Shown: positions 38,949 through 51,910 of the stretch, piece after piece | How positions within the stretch are numbered: position 1 is the stretch's first letter | Layout of the letters: the number at the start of each line of letters is the position of its first letter | Source: Mytilus californianus | Lineage: Eukaryota | Reading direction: 5' to 3' | DNA: 64,000 nucleotides | NCBI RefSeq assembly: GCF_021869535.1 | Contig: NW_026262734.1 | Coordinates: 100,130,001 to 100,194,000 of the forward strand | The notes under the pieces: generated by a model | Told to the model about the DNA's origin: nothing | The model's input: the letters and a program-made list of their open reading frames with translations, nothing else | The model's database searches: none | Made by a program: the position numbers and the translations under genes

Positions 38949-39232
38949 TTAAAACGATATTTCCCTCAGGCAATCGATTTTGCCAATACGTTGTAAAGCT
39001 TTAATCAGTTCTTTAACTGTTGGCTTAGGAAATTTTGTTTGGCTCCAAATTCGTAATATTTCTTTATTCTGATGTAACAGTTTACAGCTGTGATCGTGTT
39101 GAATTTCTTCAATCTCAGCGCTCCGTAATCCTAGTTCTACTCCTAGCTGCATGCTGCTATTTCCGATATGATTGGACAATTCTTGTAATGAAGTGTTCGT
39201 AGGTGTTGTGTTAGCTCGATCTTCTAGAATAT
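38949..39232 (-). CDS. Roco gene, last exon: C-terminal death domain
   Basis: Acceptor CTTCCAG|AT; ...PTNTSLQELSNHIGNSSMQLGVELGL...QNKEILRIW...PTVKELIKALQRIGK..LREISF*. Confidence 0.88.
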
Positions 39233-39364
39233 CTGGAAGTAAAGTTATACTTCATGATAACTTCATTTCCAAAAAATCAAAACGAAAAGTCCCTTATTTA
39301 AATGGCAAAATCAAAAGCTCAAACACATCAGACGAATTGAAAACAATTTTCATATGCATGACAT

Positions 39365-39480
39365 GGAGCCTCTGGTCTTTGTTAGTCTTGTATGTTTTTT
39401 AATTTTAGTTCAGCTGTTGTCTGCTCTTTGGTCGGGTTGTTGTCTCTTTGACATATTCTCCATTTCCATTCTCAATTTTA
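39365..39480 (-). mobile_element. Fragment of the TGAGAATGGAAATGGGG repeat family
   Basis: Same family at 51640-51910 (+) and 53540-53850 (-). Confidence 0.65.
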
Positions 39481-39984
39481 TGGTACAGGCATTCCTCATT
39501 TAAAATCGTGGATTATACCTGATTCTATAGCTAGATAAAACTCTCGCTTGCATGACAGTCATAAATGATGTAAAATTTCTAGTACTTTATGTTATCAATC
39601 CGGGAACGGCTGATTATTAAACCTTAAATGCTGCCAAATAGGTTGATCGGATCGTATGGCGCAAATACAAAATTTCAATCTTGGTATCTATGATGAGTTT
39701 ATTTACATTAAACTAAATTATACCAAAAAGACAAAAAAGGTCTAATTCAAACATAGATTATGTTTTTTTAACTAGATCATTACATACCTGCTGCCTTTCT
39801 TTACATCGGTGAAAATGTCTTGAATTTTTGTCTGTTATAGTAATTTTTAATCTAACAGAGGAGCATTGAATAACAAAACAATCCCATAAGTATCGGAAAT
39901 CCTAACTTAAATGATTATGCCTATAGTTCATCACTATTATCATGATTATTTACTCTACAAACCAGTAAATGTCTGAAATGAGCA

Positions 39985-40290
39985 ATAAATTCATCATAGA
40001 TACCAGGATTGAAATATTGTATTTGCGCCAGACGCGCATTTTGTCTACAAAAGACTCATCAGTGACACTCGAATACAAAAATGTTAAAAAAGTCAAATGG
40101 GCAATATTACTTCTCGACTTTATATCATAGATACCATAATTACAACTATGTATTCCAGACAAGCGTTTCGTCTACATAAGACTGAAAAGTAACGCTCAAA
40201 TTAAAAACGTTAACGACTCCAAATTAAGTATGTAGTCGAAGAGCATTTAGGACCTAAAATGCCAAACGGGTTTATCCGAAACATAAATTC
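39985..40290 (-). mobile_element. Two degenerate retrozyme fragments (hammerhead at 40026-40067 with mutated GAAA)
   Basis: Minus strand CTGATGA-GTCT-TTTGT-AGAC-AAAA; G12 is lost. A second decayed core lies at ~40150-40195. Confidence 0.75.
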
Positions 40291-41483
40291 ATCCTCTCTT
40301 GATATATAATGTTGACGAATCAATATTGTATTGAATTTAATTACCAAAAAATGCATAAAAATGATTCACTCATAGGCCTTGTAAACATGATGTTCGATAT
40401 TAAACCCCTTGTCACACCACTTCATGTGCACTTTGTTCTATGATAATTTCTGTATTCTTGTCTTTCGTTTTTACTGGTGTGCTTTGTCTGTGTGCCTTTT
40501 CAATTTCTTTCTTGCATGTGACGTGGCTCTGTATTTAAACATCCCGTCAATGTGTTATTGTGTCATGGTAAATGTTTGTTTATATATCTGTCTGTATTTA
40601 TAGTGTTTGGGATAATGGCACAACGTGGACTGCTGTACCCCTATTTTGACTGTTTTACCTATTTAGTCTGTTTGTTTTGTTCACACATCGTTGTCAATAT
40701 AATGGAATCTTATGCGACTGTCATACAAGTGAGAGGTTTAGCCAGCTATAAAACCAGGTTTAATCCACCATTTTCTACTTAAGAAAATGCCTGTACCAAG
40801 TCAGGAATATGACAGTTGTTGTCCATTCGTTTGATGCGTTTGAACTTTTGATTTTGCCATTTGAGTTATTGTGCAAGATCCTTAATTTGTTTGGTTACAT
40901 CTGATGAAGTATACGTTATTTTTGGTAATAGCCTTGTACAACCCAAAAGTATTCGATTGGCAATGTCGGTCGAAGAGTTGTCAGATATGTAGATGCATAA
41001 AACAAACAAAATATACATGTGACTGCAGTGTCATTTTGTGAAAGTATATTTACAACCTGATATTAACTGCTGGTCATCTACAATAATGCCACCTTACATT
41101 TGTTTTTGTACTATTCAAACCAACCAGTTGACGACCCTGGAAATTGTTACAACATTATGTTTCTAAATCCGATGAGGAAAAACAACAATTTACCATCAGA
41201 AAAGTGCACCTTGATGTACTGACAGTGTTCAGTTAAATGTTTTACTAGATTTATCGTAGCATCTGATTTTACTTTTGATTTTGTTAGAATTTGTATTGCT
41301 TAGGAATTACCCTGCAGTGGTAATGTTGCTTTTTAAATTGTTTCGTTAATCGAATATCGTCTTTGCTTATTTTGTTTACATGGCTACCGAATTCTTAATG
41401 TGTTACAATGTGAATATTTGCAAATTCGACAAAACTGGTCTAACACAATATTCTTAAAAAGCATACATATTATTTACACTCAC

Positions 41484-41526
41484 TAAATTTCTTCAGGACG
41501 TCATCCACATTTACATCTCTATTCAC
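41484..41526 (-). CDS. Roco gene, 43-nt linker exon (VNRDVNVDDVLKKF)
   Basis: CCCTTTAATTTCAG| acceptor and |GTGAGT donor; phase 0 in / phase 1 out, which bridges the two death-domain exons. Confidence 0.8.
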
Positions 41527-41824
41527 CTGAAATTAAAGGGATGAACATTGTTATCCATAAAAACAACACACGATTATTGACATACCTTTTGGTAAATAAT
41601 AAAACAAACTATAACATACAAAGGAATACGCAGGTTAGATGTATGTTATTCACACAATATGTGTCGTTCCCTTGAAGGAAAAAAAATGAACTAATCTGTT
41701 ATACCATAGGTCGCATGATACATTTTTCACGCACGAAATTACATGTCTGTTCATTATAATCGTATAACGTCATGTTGTGTAAAAGACGTGCAATCTAGAA
41801 TACAAAACACTCATCGAAATTGAT

Positions 41825-42110
41825 TGCCTCGATAGGCTCGTTGTAGCGTGCAGTGTCTAGTACAAGAGGTCGTGGGTTCAAACCCGTCCAGGTCAAGCCA
41901 ACGACATGTAATTTGGTAGATGCTGCTTCTTCGTTAAGCATGCGGCCTTTAGGGGTATGATTAAAGACTGGTTGGCTTGGCGTCAGAATAATGTGTCTGG
42001 GCTACGTGATATGTCTTCCTGTGGACTTTTACCCTGTGAACTAGCTCATTGAAACTAGCCCAGTATGTTAGTCTAGTACAAAGCAGGATTGATCCATCAA
42101 TCTCTCACCA
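41825..42110 (+). mobile_element. tRNA-derived SINE (MetaSINE-like), near full length
   Basis: tRNA-like head with GGTTCAAACCC B box, central AAAGACTGGTTGGCT..CAGAATAATGTGTC, 3' AGTACAAAGCAG. Confidence 0.7.
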
Positions 42111-42184
42111 TGATTCAAAGCTACTGAAATGATGTATTGCATGATAATGTTCATCAAAGCAACAGCGTGTGACGGCCCATATAT

Positions 42185-43385
42185 ATCTATAAAAGAGGGG
42201 CGAAAGATACAAGAGGAACAGTCAAACTCATAGAAAATAAATTGACAACGCCATGGCTAAAACATAAGACAAAGAGACAAATAATAGTACAAAAGACAAA
42301 ACATAGAAAAATAAAGACTAAGCAGCACGAAACCCACCAAAAACTGGGGGTGATCTCAGGTGTTCCGGAAGGGTAAGCAGATCCTGCTCCACATGTGGCA
42401 CCCGTCGTGTTGCTTATATTTTTACAAACCTGGTAAATAGTCTAATTCGGTAGGTCACATTCGTGGTGAAAAGGGAATTGGATTGTAGTTGCGACATAAT
42501 GAACATATCCGATATCATCTGTGAAACTCGTGATGGCGTCCGTAAAATTTACGAAGGGATGATTTCAACTTCACCATTTGGAACTCTTGGTTTAATAGCG
42601 TCCTTGTAAACAGCAACCCTCTATCAAGGAAATCATGATAGGAAATACAAGCCCGGGAATATCGTATCAATTGGGAGATATATACTCCGTATGCAGGCGC
42701 TGCTGGAATGTTGCTACATAGAAATGGAAAGTTCACAATTGGGAAGCTGAAATCATCTCGTTTGTCGTAAAGTTTTGTTTTCAACCGACCCTCATTGTCA
42801 ATTTCTAGATGTAAGTCAAGATATGAGGCAGATTTAACTGTATCGGTTGTATCCTTTATCTCTAGTTTGATGGGATAGATAGTTCAACTTAGTCACCAAA
42901 TTTTGAATTATTTAGTGAGAGAACATCATCTATATAGCGGAAAGTAAAGTTAAACGATAGTGCTAACTTCTTATCTTTCTTCCTATGAAGTTCCTGTATG
43001 AAGTCAGCCTCATAATAATAAAGAAACAAGTCGACAAGAAGAGGGGCACTATTGTTTCCCATTGGAATACCGACAGTCTGTTGAAAAACACCTCCTCCAA
43101 ACGTGACAAATTTGTTGTCAATCAAGAAATCAAGCATCTTGATAATGTCAGTTTCAGAGAATTTTTTGTTTGAATTAGAGTGATTCTTTACAAAGTAGGA
43201 TTTATCCCTCCCCAAGACAAGATACTCTTTCAATTTGTCTTTTAGTTTGGAATGGGGAATACTTGTGTAAAGTGTAGAAAAGTCAAATGTTTTTATACTA
43301 TTGCAAGATGAGAGAGTCTTAGATTGTATGTACTCTAAAAGATCTTTGGAATTTTTTAGTATCCACATCTGATATAAAGTGATAT
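42185..43385 (-). mobile_element. Penelope-like retroelement, 5'-truncated RT plus 3' end
   Basis: IKTFDFSTLYTSIPH, QQTVGIPMG, FRYIDDVL, SASYLDL, KLYDKRDDFSFPIVNFPFL..NIP...AYGVYISQLIRY; stop and frameshift near 42889. Confidence 0.92.
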
Positions 43386-44129
43386 TTTCACATTCAACTA
43401 GTAAGTCCGTGTTTCGGTACTGACATGCCCTAGACCATATTATTCTGAAAATATCCGTTGAGCAGTTTATAGAGTATAATGAAATAAGATTCTATCAGGT
43501 ACAGTTGACTTAAATGAAATTTGGATACCCGTCAGTCTTTGGTATTCCGGATTTACACATTCTTGGCTTTTAAAGTGTCCGGTATTGACCATTCCTTATA
43601 AAACATTGTTTCGAACGCGTTAAATCCATTAGTAAGCATTTCTATTCGCTATCCTGTGCTTAACACTTAGGGACTTAATCCTGTCTATACTAATATTTTG
43701 GCATTCAAGAAGATTATGCTGTTCTAAGACTGCTACTAGCGACTTGACACTACATATGGTAGCGGTGTATCAATCGTAACTTTAGATTGGGCAAATTTAT
43801 TAGTGAAGAACAAACATATTGAATTAATTGACTGTTTCACTTTAACTGAGTGATGATTGGTATAGCGGTTGATGCACGGCATACCAGGAGACACTTCACC
43901 TGTTGACGCACTTGGTTTAGTTCTTTTATGAGTCAACGAGATTGTGTTGTATTTACTTGTCCTTGTCGGATTATTGAAATTTGAACATGGATAAACTACT
44001 GTTGTCTGAAACTAAGGCTAGGAATAAGTGTTGGCAATACCGTGAATTTATTAGGTAATAATTGGTTTGAATAAGCCTTTAGCAAATACTGTATTGTTAT
44101 TAGTTGTGTGTGTGCTGAGAAGGAACATC

Positions 44130-44640
44130 AATGAATCGAATGGATTTCTCTGAGATTTTTTACGGATTGTTCTAACATTGTGTTGTTAAATCGTGGTTTA
44201 AGATTGAGTGGAATGTTGAGAACTCTCGAACTGATTGTTCTTACATTTTGTTGTTATATCACGGTTTAAGTTTGAGTGGAATGATGATAACTTATTACAT
44301 GCGGTTTTTTACATTGTGTTGTCACACCGATGTTTGAGGTTGAGCGGAATGTTGAGAACTCACGAACTGTTGTTTATGAATTTGTGTTGTTACACCACTG
44401 TTTGAGGTTGAGTAAAATGCTGCAAACTCACAAACTATTTGTTCTTACATTGGATTGTTACATCAATGTTTAAGTTTGAGTGGTATTTCGAGAACTCACA
44501 AACTGTTGTTTCTGAAATTATGTTGGTACATAAGTGTTTGAGGTTGAGTGGAATATTGAGAACTCACAAACTGTTTGTTCGTACATTAAGCTGTTACACT
44601 TATGTTTTAGGCTGAGGGGAATGTTAAGAGCTCACAAATA
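44130..44640. repeat. ~60-bp minisatellite
   Basis: About 8-9 imperfect units of TGTTGTTACACC..TGTTTGAGGTTGAGTGGAATGTTGAGAACTCACAAACTG. Confidence 0.9.
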
Positions 44641-45067
44641 TAGTGTTACTCGCCACATTTTTCTTGTGTGACTGTTCCAACCTGGATTTGTAATCAATTG
44701 GTTGTAGTAGTCAACTTTCAGCCATCATTGATATTGTGTAAATATTCAGTAAACACCAATCTGTTAGATTTCTAGCTATTGGCTATTGATTGTTTAACAT
44801 CTTATCAAGTCTGTGCGTTTAAAAGATTACTATGGTGTTTGAGTTTCGGTCATTGTTGAGGGCGATAATGTAAAATGCACTTGTTCACATTCTAATCTTT
44901 TGACCTTTATCTGATAGTTTTCGCGTTTGCTCTCATACTACATCTCTAAATGGCTGTTTACGATGTGCACACTGTGTGAACTGGACTTTTAGTTTGTGTT
45001 ATGCTTTAATTGTCTGTAACTAACTATAAAATTGGTGATACGAAAGGCAGCTTATGCTTATTCATAC

Positions 45068-45345
45068 CTCACAAAGTAAGTGTTTGTCTATTTCACCAAA
45101 CTCATCTTCAATGGTCTTGAAGGACGAATCAGTCACGCTTGTCTTCCATATTGACATGGCTGTGTATTTGAAATCATTTACATGAAAAGCAGAGGGAGCA
45201 AATTTTTCCTGTAAATCATTCAAAACGTTTGTGTCTAATCCAAGTCTTATCAATAATTCTCGACATTCTTTAACTTCAAGACTAGAAGCAAGTCTCCTTA
45301 GATGTTTGTTCGATGGAGATTGTTCCTTTTCAAGTCTGCCTAACC
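45068..45345 (-). CDS. Roco gene exon: first death-fold domain
   Basis: AATAG|GG acceptor, GAG|GTATGA donor; PSNKHLRRLASSL...CRELLIRLGL...DF..AMSIWK...HLLCE. Confidence 0.82.
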
Positions 45346-45827
45346 CTATTGACAAACATAAACATAACAATACATGAGACAATTTATACTAAATGCATAG
45401 TGAATTTACAATATTCAAGTCAAACATTACATTCCTGGTTTTTTTTTAAAGATCGCTACTTGTAAAAAAATAAAATAAAATCTGAAATGAAAGTTAAACC
45501 AAGAATAAAGATTCTAGTTTCTTTTTCTTTTTTATTTTGTAATAAGCGATACCTACTCAGGGATTGCAAGCTTCTTAAGGCATCCTTTCGCCCTTCCTTT
45601 TTGAATTCTTTAGATTGCCTCGGTTTTATTGTATGTAAGCCTGTGTTTTTCCTATTTTTGTTAGTGTTATCATATTAAGGAATTTTTCATTTGGACACCA
45701 TTATACCACTGTTGCTTCTCATCTAATATATCGGATTCTTCAAAATTCGAATGATAAATTAAAGATGGGACTGAAGGTTAATAAATACAATGATTCATAC
45801 AGTGCGAAAAAACAAAGTTATTTGATA

Positions 45828-46000
45828 TACCAGGCTTATAACTACGTACGCCAGACGCCCTTTTCGTCTAGAACAGACTCGTCAGTGACGCTCGAATCAA
45901 ACAAGGTAAATGTCTAAATGTAGTTGAAGACAATTGTTGACCAACAAACTGGTAATCTATTTCTGAGGTAAAACATCCCTAATATGTCAAAGTTTTATAA
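45828..46000 (-). mobile_element. Degenerate retrozyme fragment (hammerhead 45849-45890)
   Basis: Minus strand CGTCA-CTGACGA-GTCT-GTTCT-AGAC-GAAAA-GGGC-GTC-TGGCG; helix III is damaged. Confidence 0.75.
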
Positions 46001-47904
46001 GCAGCGAATTAAAATATCAATGCGATTACAAGTTGTGAGAGTTCTAATTTAAAGTGACCACATATCTTACTTTCATCAAACATCAAACATCATGCGCATG
46101 TATGGAAAAGCCATAGTGTTTGAACTCGGGGTATATTATTATTAGCTAGACCCATTTCCCCCCGTTAAAACATACTCATCAATGTACTAAGGATATATAA
46201 ATTTATAGACGATGATTTTACAGTAACAATTGTTTTTTTCAGTTTCCATCTAAGAGATAATTTATATTCTTTTTTACTATTGTAAATCATGTTCGTCAGA
46301 TAGCTTAGGTATTTCAGACTGAATTACGTAAACAGTATGTGATAAAATAAGTGTACAGTTACTAAATATTTCAGAATGTATATAGATTAAGAGCGTCACG
46401 ATTTAATTGTTTTGTTGAAAACAACGAACCTATGTAGAAAATTATCAGGCAAATACCATGTTTGACTTCAAAGTAGAATATAGTTTTACACCCAGTGTAA
46501 ATGACATTAATTAGAAAATCCAATATGTGTTTGTTTGTTGGAAAACACGTTCACCTGTATTTAACATTAGCAATGTTACATTAGTTGTTTTGTTATAAGT
46601 ATACTTAGATCAATACAAGTGTATAGTTACTTAAAAAATGATGGGATCGCTGAATAGTGTCAATACAATTTGTCATTGACGATTATTTTTACTCTTAAAG
46701 AAACATATACCATTACAAACATGTGTGTCGGTTATTACGAGTGAAAACGATTTAGTATGGTATAGTCTAATAAAATTCTAATATGTGAAGTAATTTGGTC
46801 TGGGTCTCGTTCCTTTTGGTATACTTTGGTCTGTTATGATATTGTTAATTGTTTAAATTACAATAACGTTGTCCTTAGTAATTTGTGTGCATCAATGTGT
46901 ATTGTATGTTTTGTTTATCAACTTTTGTAAAGCCACCAATTTATATAACAATCTCGCAAACACTTATTTCACCTCGCAACACAATATCACACCACATTGT
47001 ACTACTTATTTGATGTTTAATATATTAAAAAAACATTAAGTTTTTTAAAACTTTTAATATCGCATGATATGCTAGTCCTATTGAGGAGGAAAAAAAAGAT
47101 AGAAAGAGGTACGTGCCTTGTGCAAGCCAAGTCAGTAAACTCGTCAATGTTTATTGTATATTTCATTATGAAACAACATTGTTCTTTTCCGAACATTAAA
47201 TTGATGCCAGGTTTTTGAGATTTTTTGTATCTATAGTTAATTTACAGATTGGGAAATGTTATATATTAATACATAACGATTTTATCTAAACAAATACATG
47301 GACAGGTCAGGTTAAACAAGTTATAAGAACATGAATATATCAAAAGCAACGCTGCTCCGAATATCAAATACACCGAAGAAGTAATGTTCTGGGGTTTTGT
47401 CGATAGAAGCACACATATAGTGTGTTAAAAGAATTAACAGTAAATAATTTTTATATTGATTCGTGCAGCCTTTTGCTGAAGTTCGAATTTATAAGATACA
47501 AATATTTGAAGAGGACGGGTAAATCAAGATCATATCAGGCCATGTTTTGTGTCGTTTGAATGATTAGCATTTGACAATTCGGTGTTTTTATAGCTTAATA
47601 TTCGGTTTTGGTTTTGTTGAAGGCCATACGCTGACCAATAGTTTATAATGTCTAGGTCATTTGGTTTCTGCTTGAGATTTCTTTCATTTGCAATCATACC
47701 AAATCTTCTTATTAGATTAATATTGGGATATCGGATTATTACTGCTGTACAATTAATATTGTACTGTACTTATTCACTTGCGATAGAGAGTCACACAGTT
47801 TGTAAGCAATCTATCAATGAATACAAATATCTAGGTATTTTGACAGTTGACTATGTTACAGGCATTTTAGCGGCATCTAAAGTTGGTTTCTAACTCATAC
47901 AAAC

Positions 47905-47938
47905 CATTGCAAGATGCGTCACATTTTTCACGAGGCAG
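47905..47938 (-). CDS. Roco gene, 34-nt microexon (LPREKCDASCN-G)
   Basis: CTTTCTCTTGTAG| acceptor and G|GTTTGT donor; phase 0/1, which joins WFSEK to GLGRLEKEQSP. Confidence 0.75.
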
Positions 47939-49025
47939 CTACAAGAGAAAGCATGCATACAGTCAATACAAAAAAACAATACAATGGTAAAATGAGCAAG
48001 CGATATGTCAGTATATACAATACTTTACCAGTCAAGTTATTGAATAGTATGACAGACTTAATAACTGAACAATGTGGAATGAAGATGATGTTCATGTAAC
48101 GCAAATACATCATTCAGTATCATATGACATGAAATATCTCAGACTTTTTGATAAATTCAAAAACATGTTTATGTATCTGGACGGTTTTTTTCATACGAGA
48201 GATAAGAAATAATAGATGTTAGTAACGTAACATTCAATACAAAGTATCGGTAAAATAATCAGAAACTCGATTTATTCCTTTGAAATCAAAGATGGTCAAA
48301 TCGGATATAAATAAAAGAAACCGTAGTATACCGCTATTTCAAAGTCAGAAATCGATTGAGAGAAAACAAATCCGGGGTACAAACTAAAACCGAGGGAAAC
48401 TCATCAACTAGAAGAGGAAACAACGAAACAACAGAGCACCGAAGTGCAACAAAAAAACAAACGAAAATGCAACATACATAGAAACGAACTATTAGATAAC
48501 AACTGCCATATTCCTGACTTGGTACAGGACTTTTTCAAAAAGAAAAAAATGGAGGGTTGAACCTGGTTTTGTGGCTAGCCAAACCTCCGCGCTTTATGGC
48601 AATGTTACATATGCCGCTAAAATGACAACATTACATGACGGGAATATAGTACAAATAAATGCAGAGAAATACATAAATAAATAATATAATAGTACATTTC
48701 GACATGTTTACCACAAAATAACACACGAATAACTAAATTAATTTAGGACAGTACACAAAACAGTTTAATAAGATTACGAACTGTGTGTCTGTCACACGAA
48801 TGCATCAACGCAACAAAAAGTAACGTCACAGGTAAATTTAAAAAAAATGGATGTAAATAAAGATTAGGTTTCTAATTATGTTATTTGATGTATTTTATAA
48901 CAATTACAAGACTATCAATATAGAATTGAGTTAGTAATAGTGCCTTATTTGCAGTATAATTTCCGCATAACTACTTATTTAGTATCTTTGATAAACAATC
49001 GTGAGTGTAATGTACTTCATAGATG

Positions 49026-49175
49026 TACTGTGGATTTTTTATTTTTCGTGGTATACTATTTTTCGTGTATTTCGTGGTTATTTTAAATCTTGAATTTATA
49101 TATTTAACGAATTACAAATTTTTCATAGAGTTGTAAACAGACCTTGGTAAAACCACGAAATGAAATATCCACGAA
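49026..49175. mobile_element. TACTGTGG-type MITE, degenerate
   Basis: TACTGTGGATTTTTTATTTTTCGTGG...CCACGAAATGAAATATCCACGAAC. Confidence 0.55.
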
Positions 49176-50023
49176 CACACTAAATTTTCTATATATGCAA
49201 ACAAAACATCTACGGAGTTTCATACACCAATTTTCACCAGCAAATTATGAGTAAAGGACATATCTGTAATTTGAACTTAGTATAGTTCATGTTACTGCTG
49301 CATGAATAAAAAATATTTGAAAAAGTAGAAAGAGGAGTAAATAATTTAAATATTGTGTTAATCGAAATGAAAAGTTTATATATAGCAACAAGATCACCAA
49401 ACTAAGAATTAGTGATACCACACCTTACCAATAGAAGGAAGAAGACATTTCAATATTCCAGATATAACAAAATGTTGTAATTCATTTAAGGAGGATGACC
49501 ATTCATAATTACACTAACATTTATATAGAGCAACAAGATCACCAAACTAAGAATTAGTGATAAATAACATTAGCAATAAAAAGAGGAAGACATTTTGATA
49601 TTCAGATATTACTAACAGTTGTTATTTATTGAAGGAGAAGGACCAAACAAACGTTCAATAGTGTGAAACTCAAAAAAAAATCAAGAAAGTTTTTTTTTTT
49701 GTTAATAACATTCTAAATGTGTACCTGACTCTTATTCATCTGTCAGTTTAATTTCCTTTTTTCTAAATGTCAATTTTATCTTGGAATTACCAATTGTTAT
49801 CTCATAGTATAAATATAGATTCCAACAGTGCAACAAGTGTGTCACGATATTTCTCCACTCGAGACAGTTAAATTTTAATATTTAAAGCACTTGGGGTGAT
49901 TAGGGAGATGATGACGTTGAACTGATAACAAGTTCTTTGTATTGGCGTCAACGTTATTTTTACGAAATAAATTGAACATCTCACAAACACTAGCAAAGGG
50001 AAAAAGCAAAATTGTTATCTTAC

Positions 50024-51286
50024 CTTTTCTGAAAACCATAATTTTAAACAACTGACATCGTGATATACTTTGTGTTCTGAACATTGCCATTTTGTTGCTG
50101 TTGGTATTTTGTTATGAAGAAAAAAACATAAGTTTTTTTTGCAATGAACTCCAAACTCAATTTCAAATGGCATGACCATATGTAACTCCGATCTTTTATC
50201 TGTGGTAGATGAGTCTGCTGAAAGAGTTGAGTAAAATTCTGAAATTCTGTGAATAGCTGCAGTCAGACATTCTTGAACAGAAGTTGCAATTGTTGGGACA
50301 ATGTGCTCTTTCGTTTCTGCATGGATAAGTGACACAATCACTCTATTTTCTATAACCTGCACTGCCACATCATGCTTATCGTCTACTTCCACAACTGCTA
50401 AATCGCTGAAAAGCATTCGCTTCTTGTTTTTATACTTTTTCACTCCCCACATGTCTACAAAAGAAGCAATCAATCGATATGGAAAGGCTGGTGGTATTAC
50501 TTTCTCAGTGAACTTGTACGACAGCAAAATTGAAGTTTCAATCTTGCAATTTGTTCTCAGGTAATTCGTGTTGTTTGGCCTTGTAATCATTGATGGAACA
50601 ATAAATTTCGAAACTTTATGAGGTGACGTGCTTAAATCGTTTGTTGTCATTCTTTCAGCAACTAATACATCAAGATGAACCAATACTTCAATAATGAAAT
50701 CTTTATATGAAAGAATATGCTCAAACATCTGTTGTTTCCAAAGGACATCAATATCGTCGCGACTGAGTGCTCCTGTTTTCTCCATGGTATGGAAAATACT
50801 TTGTAATTGTTTCCCTTTTGGCCAAAATTGCTTCTCTGTGACAATAGATCTTAGAACCTCCACCAAATATGCTGGTGCTATGATTATAAAATCTCGAAGA
50901 TTGGCTACGTCAAAGTAGAGCAATTTACCGAGTGAATGTTGTACTTTAAGGAAAGTTTCCAACTGATTATCTGTCAATACCATTGACTGATTTTGAGAAT
51001 TAAACATCTGTAGTTGTTCTATTGTCAATATGTTGACACCTTTCTCTACTTGTTTTGCTAGATGTAGTTCTAATGGGACCCATGCTGTTGGCATTTGTTC
51101 ACCCCACCGAGGATGCTCTTTAGCTCTATCCATCAGACGTTGACGTAATGCTTGGATCTCTGGATCCGCTTCGTTCATAGCATTGACGAAAATCAGTGGT
51201 TTGAATTCAAGATGTTTGAGCCCTGCGTGTGATTCAAATATATCTTGAATGACTGTCATCACTTTCTGTTTGTGCTTCTCAAAATT
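50024..51286 (-). CDS. Roco gene exon: end of Roc plus COR domain (421 codons)
   Basis: TTTTTTCAG| acceptor and AAG|GTAAGA donor; IFVNA (G5-like), LRQRL..HPRWGEQMPTAWVPLE, FLKVQHSLGKLLYF, FIVPSM, IPPAFPYRLIA. Confidence 0.92.
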
Positions 51287-51639
51287 CTGAAAAAAATGTA
51301 TGGTTGAAGTCAGAAATCAATATGCTTTTCACAGTTACTTTGTTTTACTAATAGCAGTCGTGAAAGATATAACATCAAAGAAATAAGTGCAAAACATTAA
51401 CATGATTAATTAAATTGTAATGTTCTTAAAGATTTTATGAGTTTCACAAGTGTGATCAGTTTTCAACAAGTGAACAGGGACCTAAAAATAGTGGAACAAA
51501 AAGCATAATAAACTCTACTGCAAAAACAGTTTGGAAAATGAATAATAACACTCTAGTGCTTCTGATAGTTGCTCTTTATTCATATTTATCCGTGAATTCC
51601 GTAGAAAAAAGTCAACAATTCCTGAACACATAATATGAT

Positions 51640-51910
51640 AGACAAAATTGAGAACGGAAATGGGGAATGTGTCAAAGACACAACAACCCGACCAAAGAGC
51701 AGAAAACAGCCGAAGGTCATCAATGGGTTTTCAATACAGCAAGAAAATCCCGAACCCGGAGGCGTGCTCCAGCTGGCCCCTTAACAAAAATGTGTACTTG
51801 TTCAGTGATAATGGACGTCATACTAAACTCCGAAGTATATGAATGAACTAAAATTAAAAATCATACAAGACTAACAAAGGCCAGAGGGTCCTGACTTGGG
51901 ACATGCGGCG
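51640..51910 (+). mobile_element. Interspersed repeat (TGAGAA.GGAAATGGGGAATGTGTCAAAGA family)
   Basis: Inverted copy at 53540-53850. Confidence 0.75.

Noticed and set aside
25225-42110. tRNA-like sequences at 25225, 26480-26542 and 41825 as tRNA genes
   Set aside because: The cloverleaves do not close and each continues into a shared SINE body or decays; they are SINE heads.
42330-42430. SECIS-like hairpin in the Penelope-like 3' region
   Set aside because: A GGTGC/GCACC stem with flanking GA exists, but the AUGA core is not conserved in this copy and helix length and apical AA do not fit.
36125-44640. Regularly spaced repeats (36125-36250, 37440-37720, 44130-44640) as CRISPR arrays
   Set aside because: No unique spacers of constant length, degenerate units, eukaryotic context and no cas genes.
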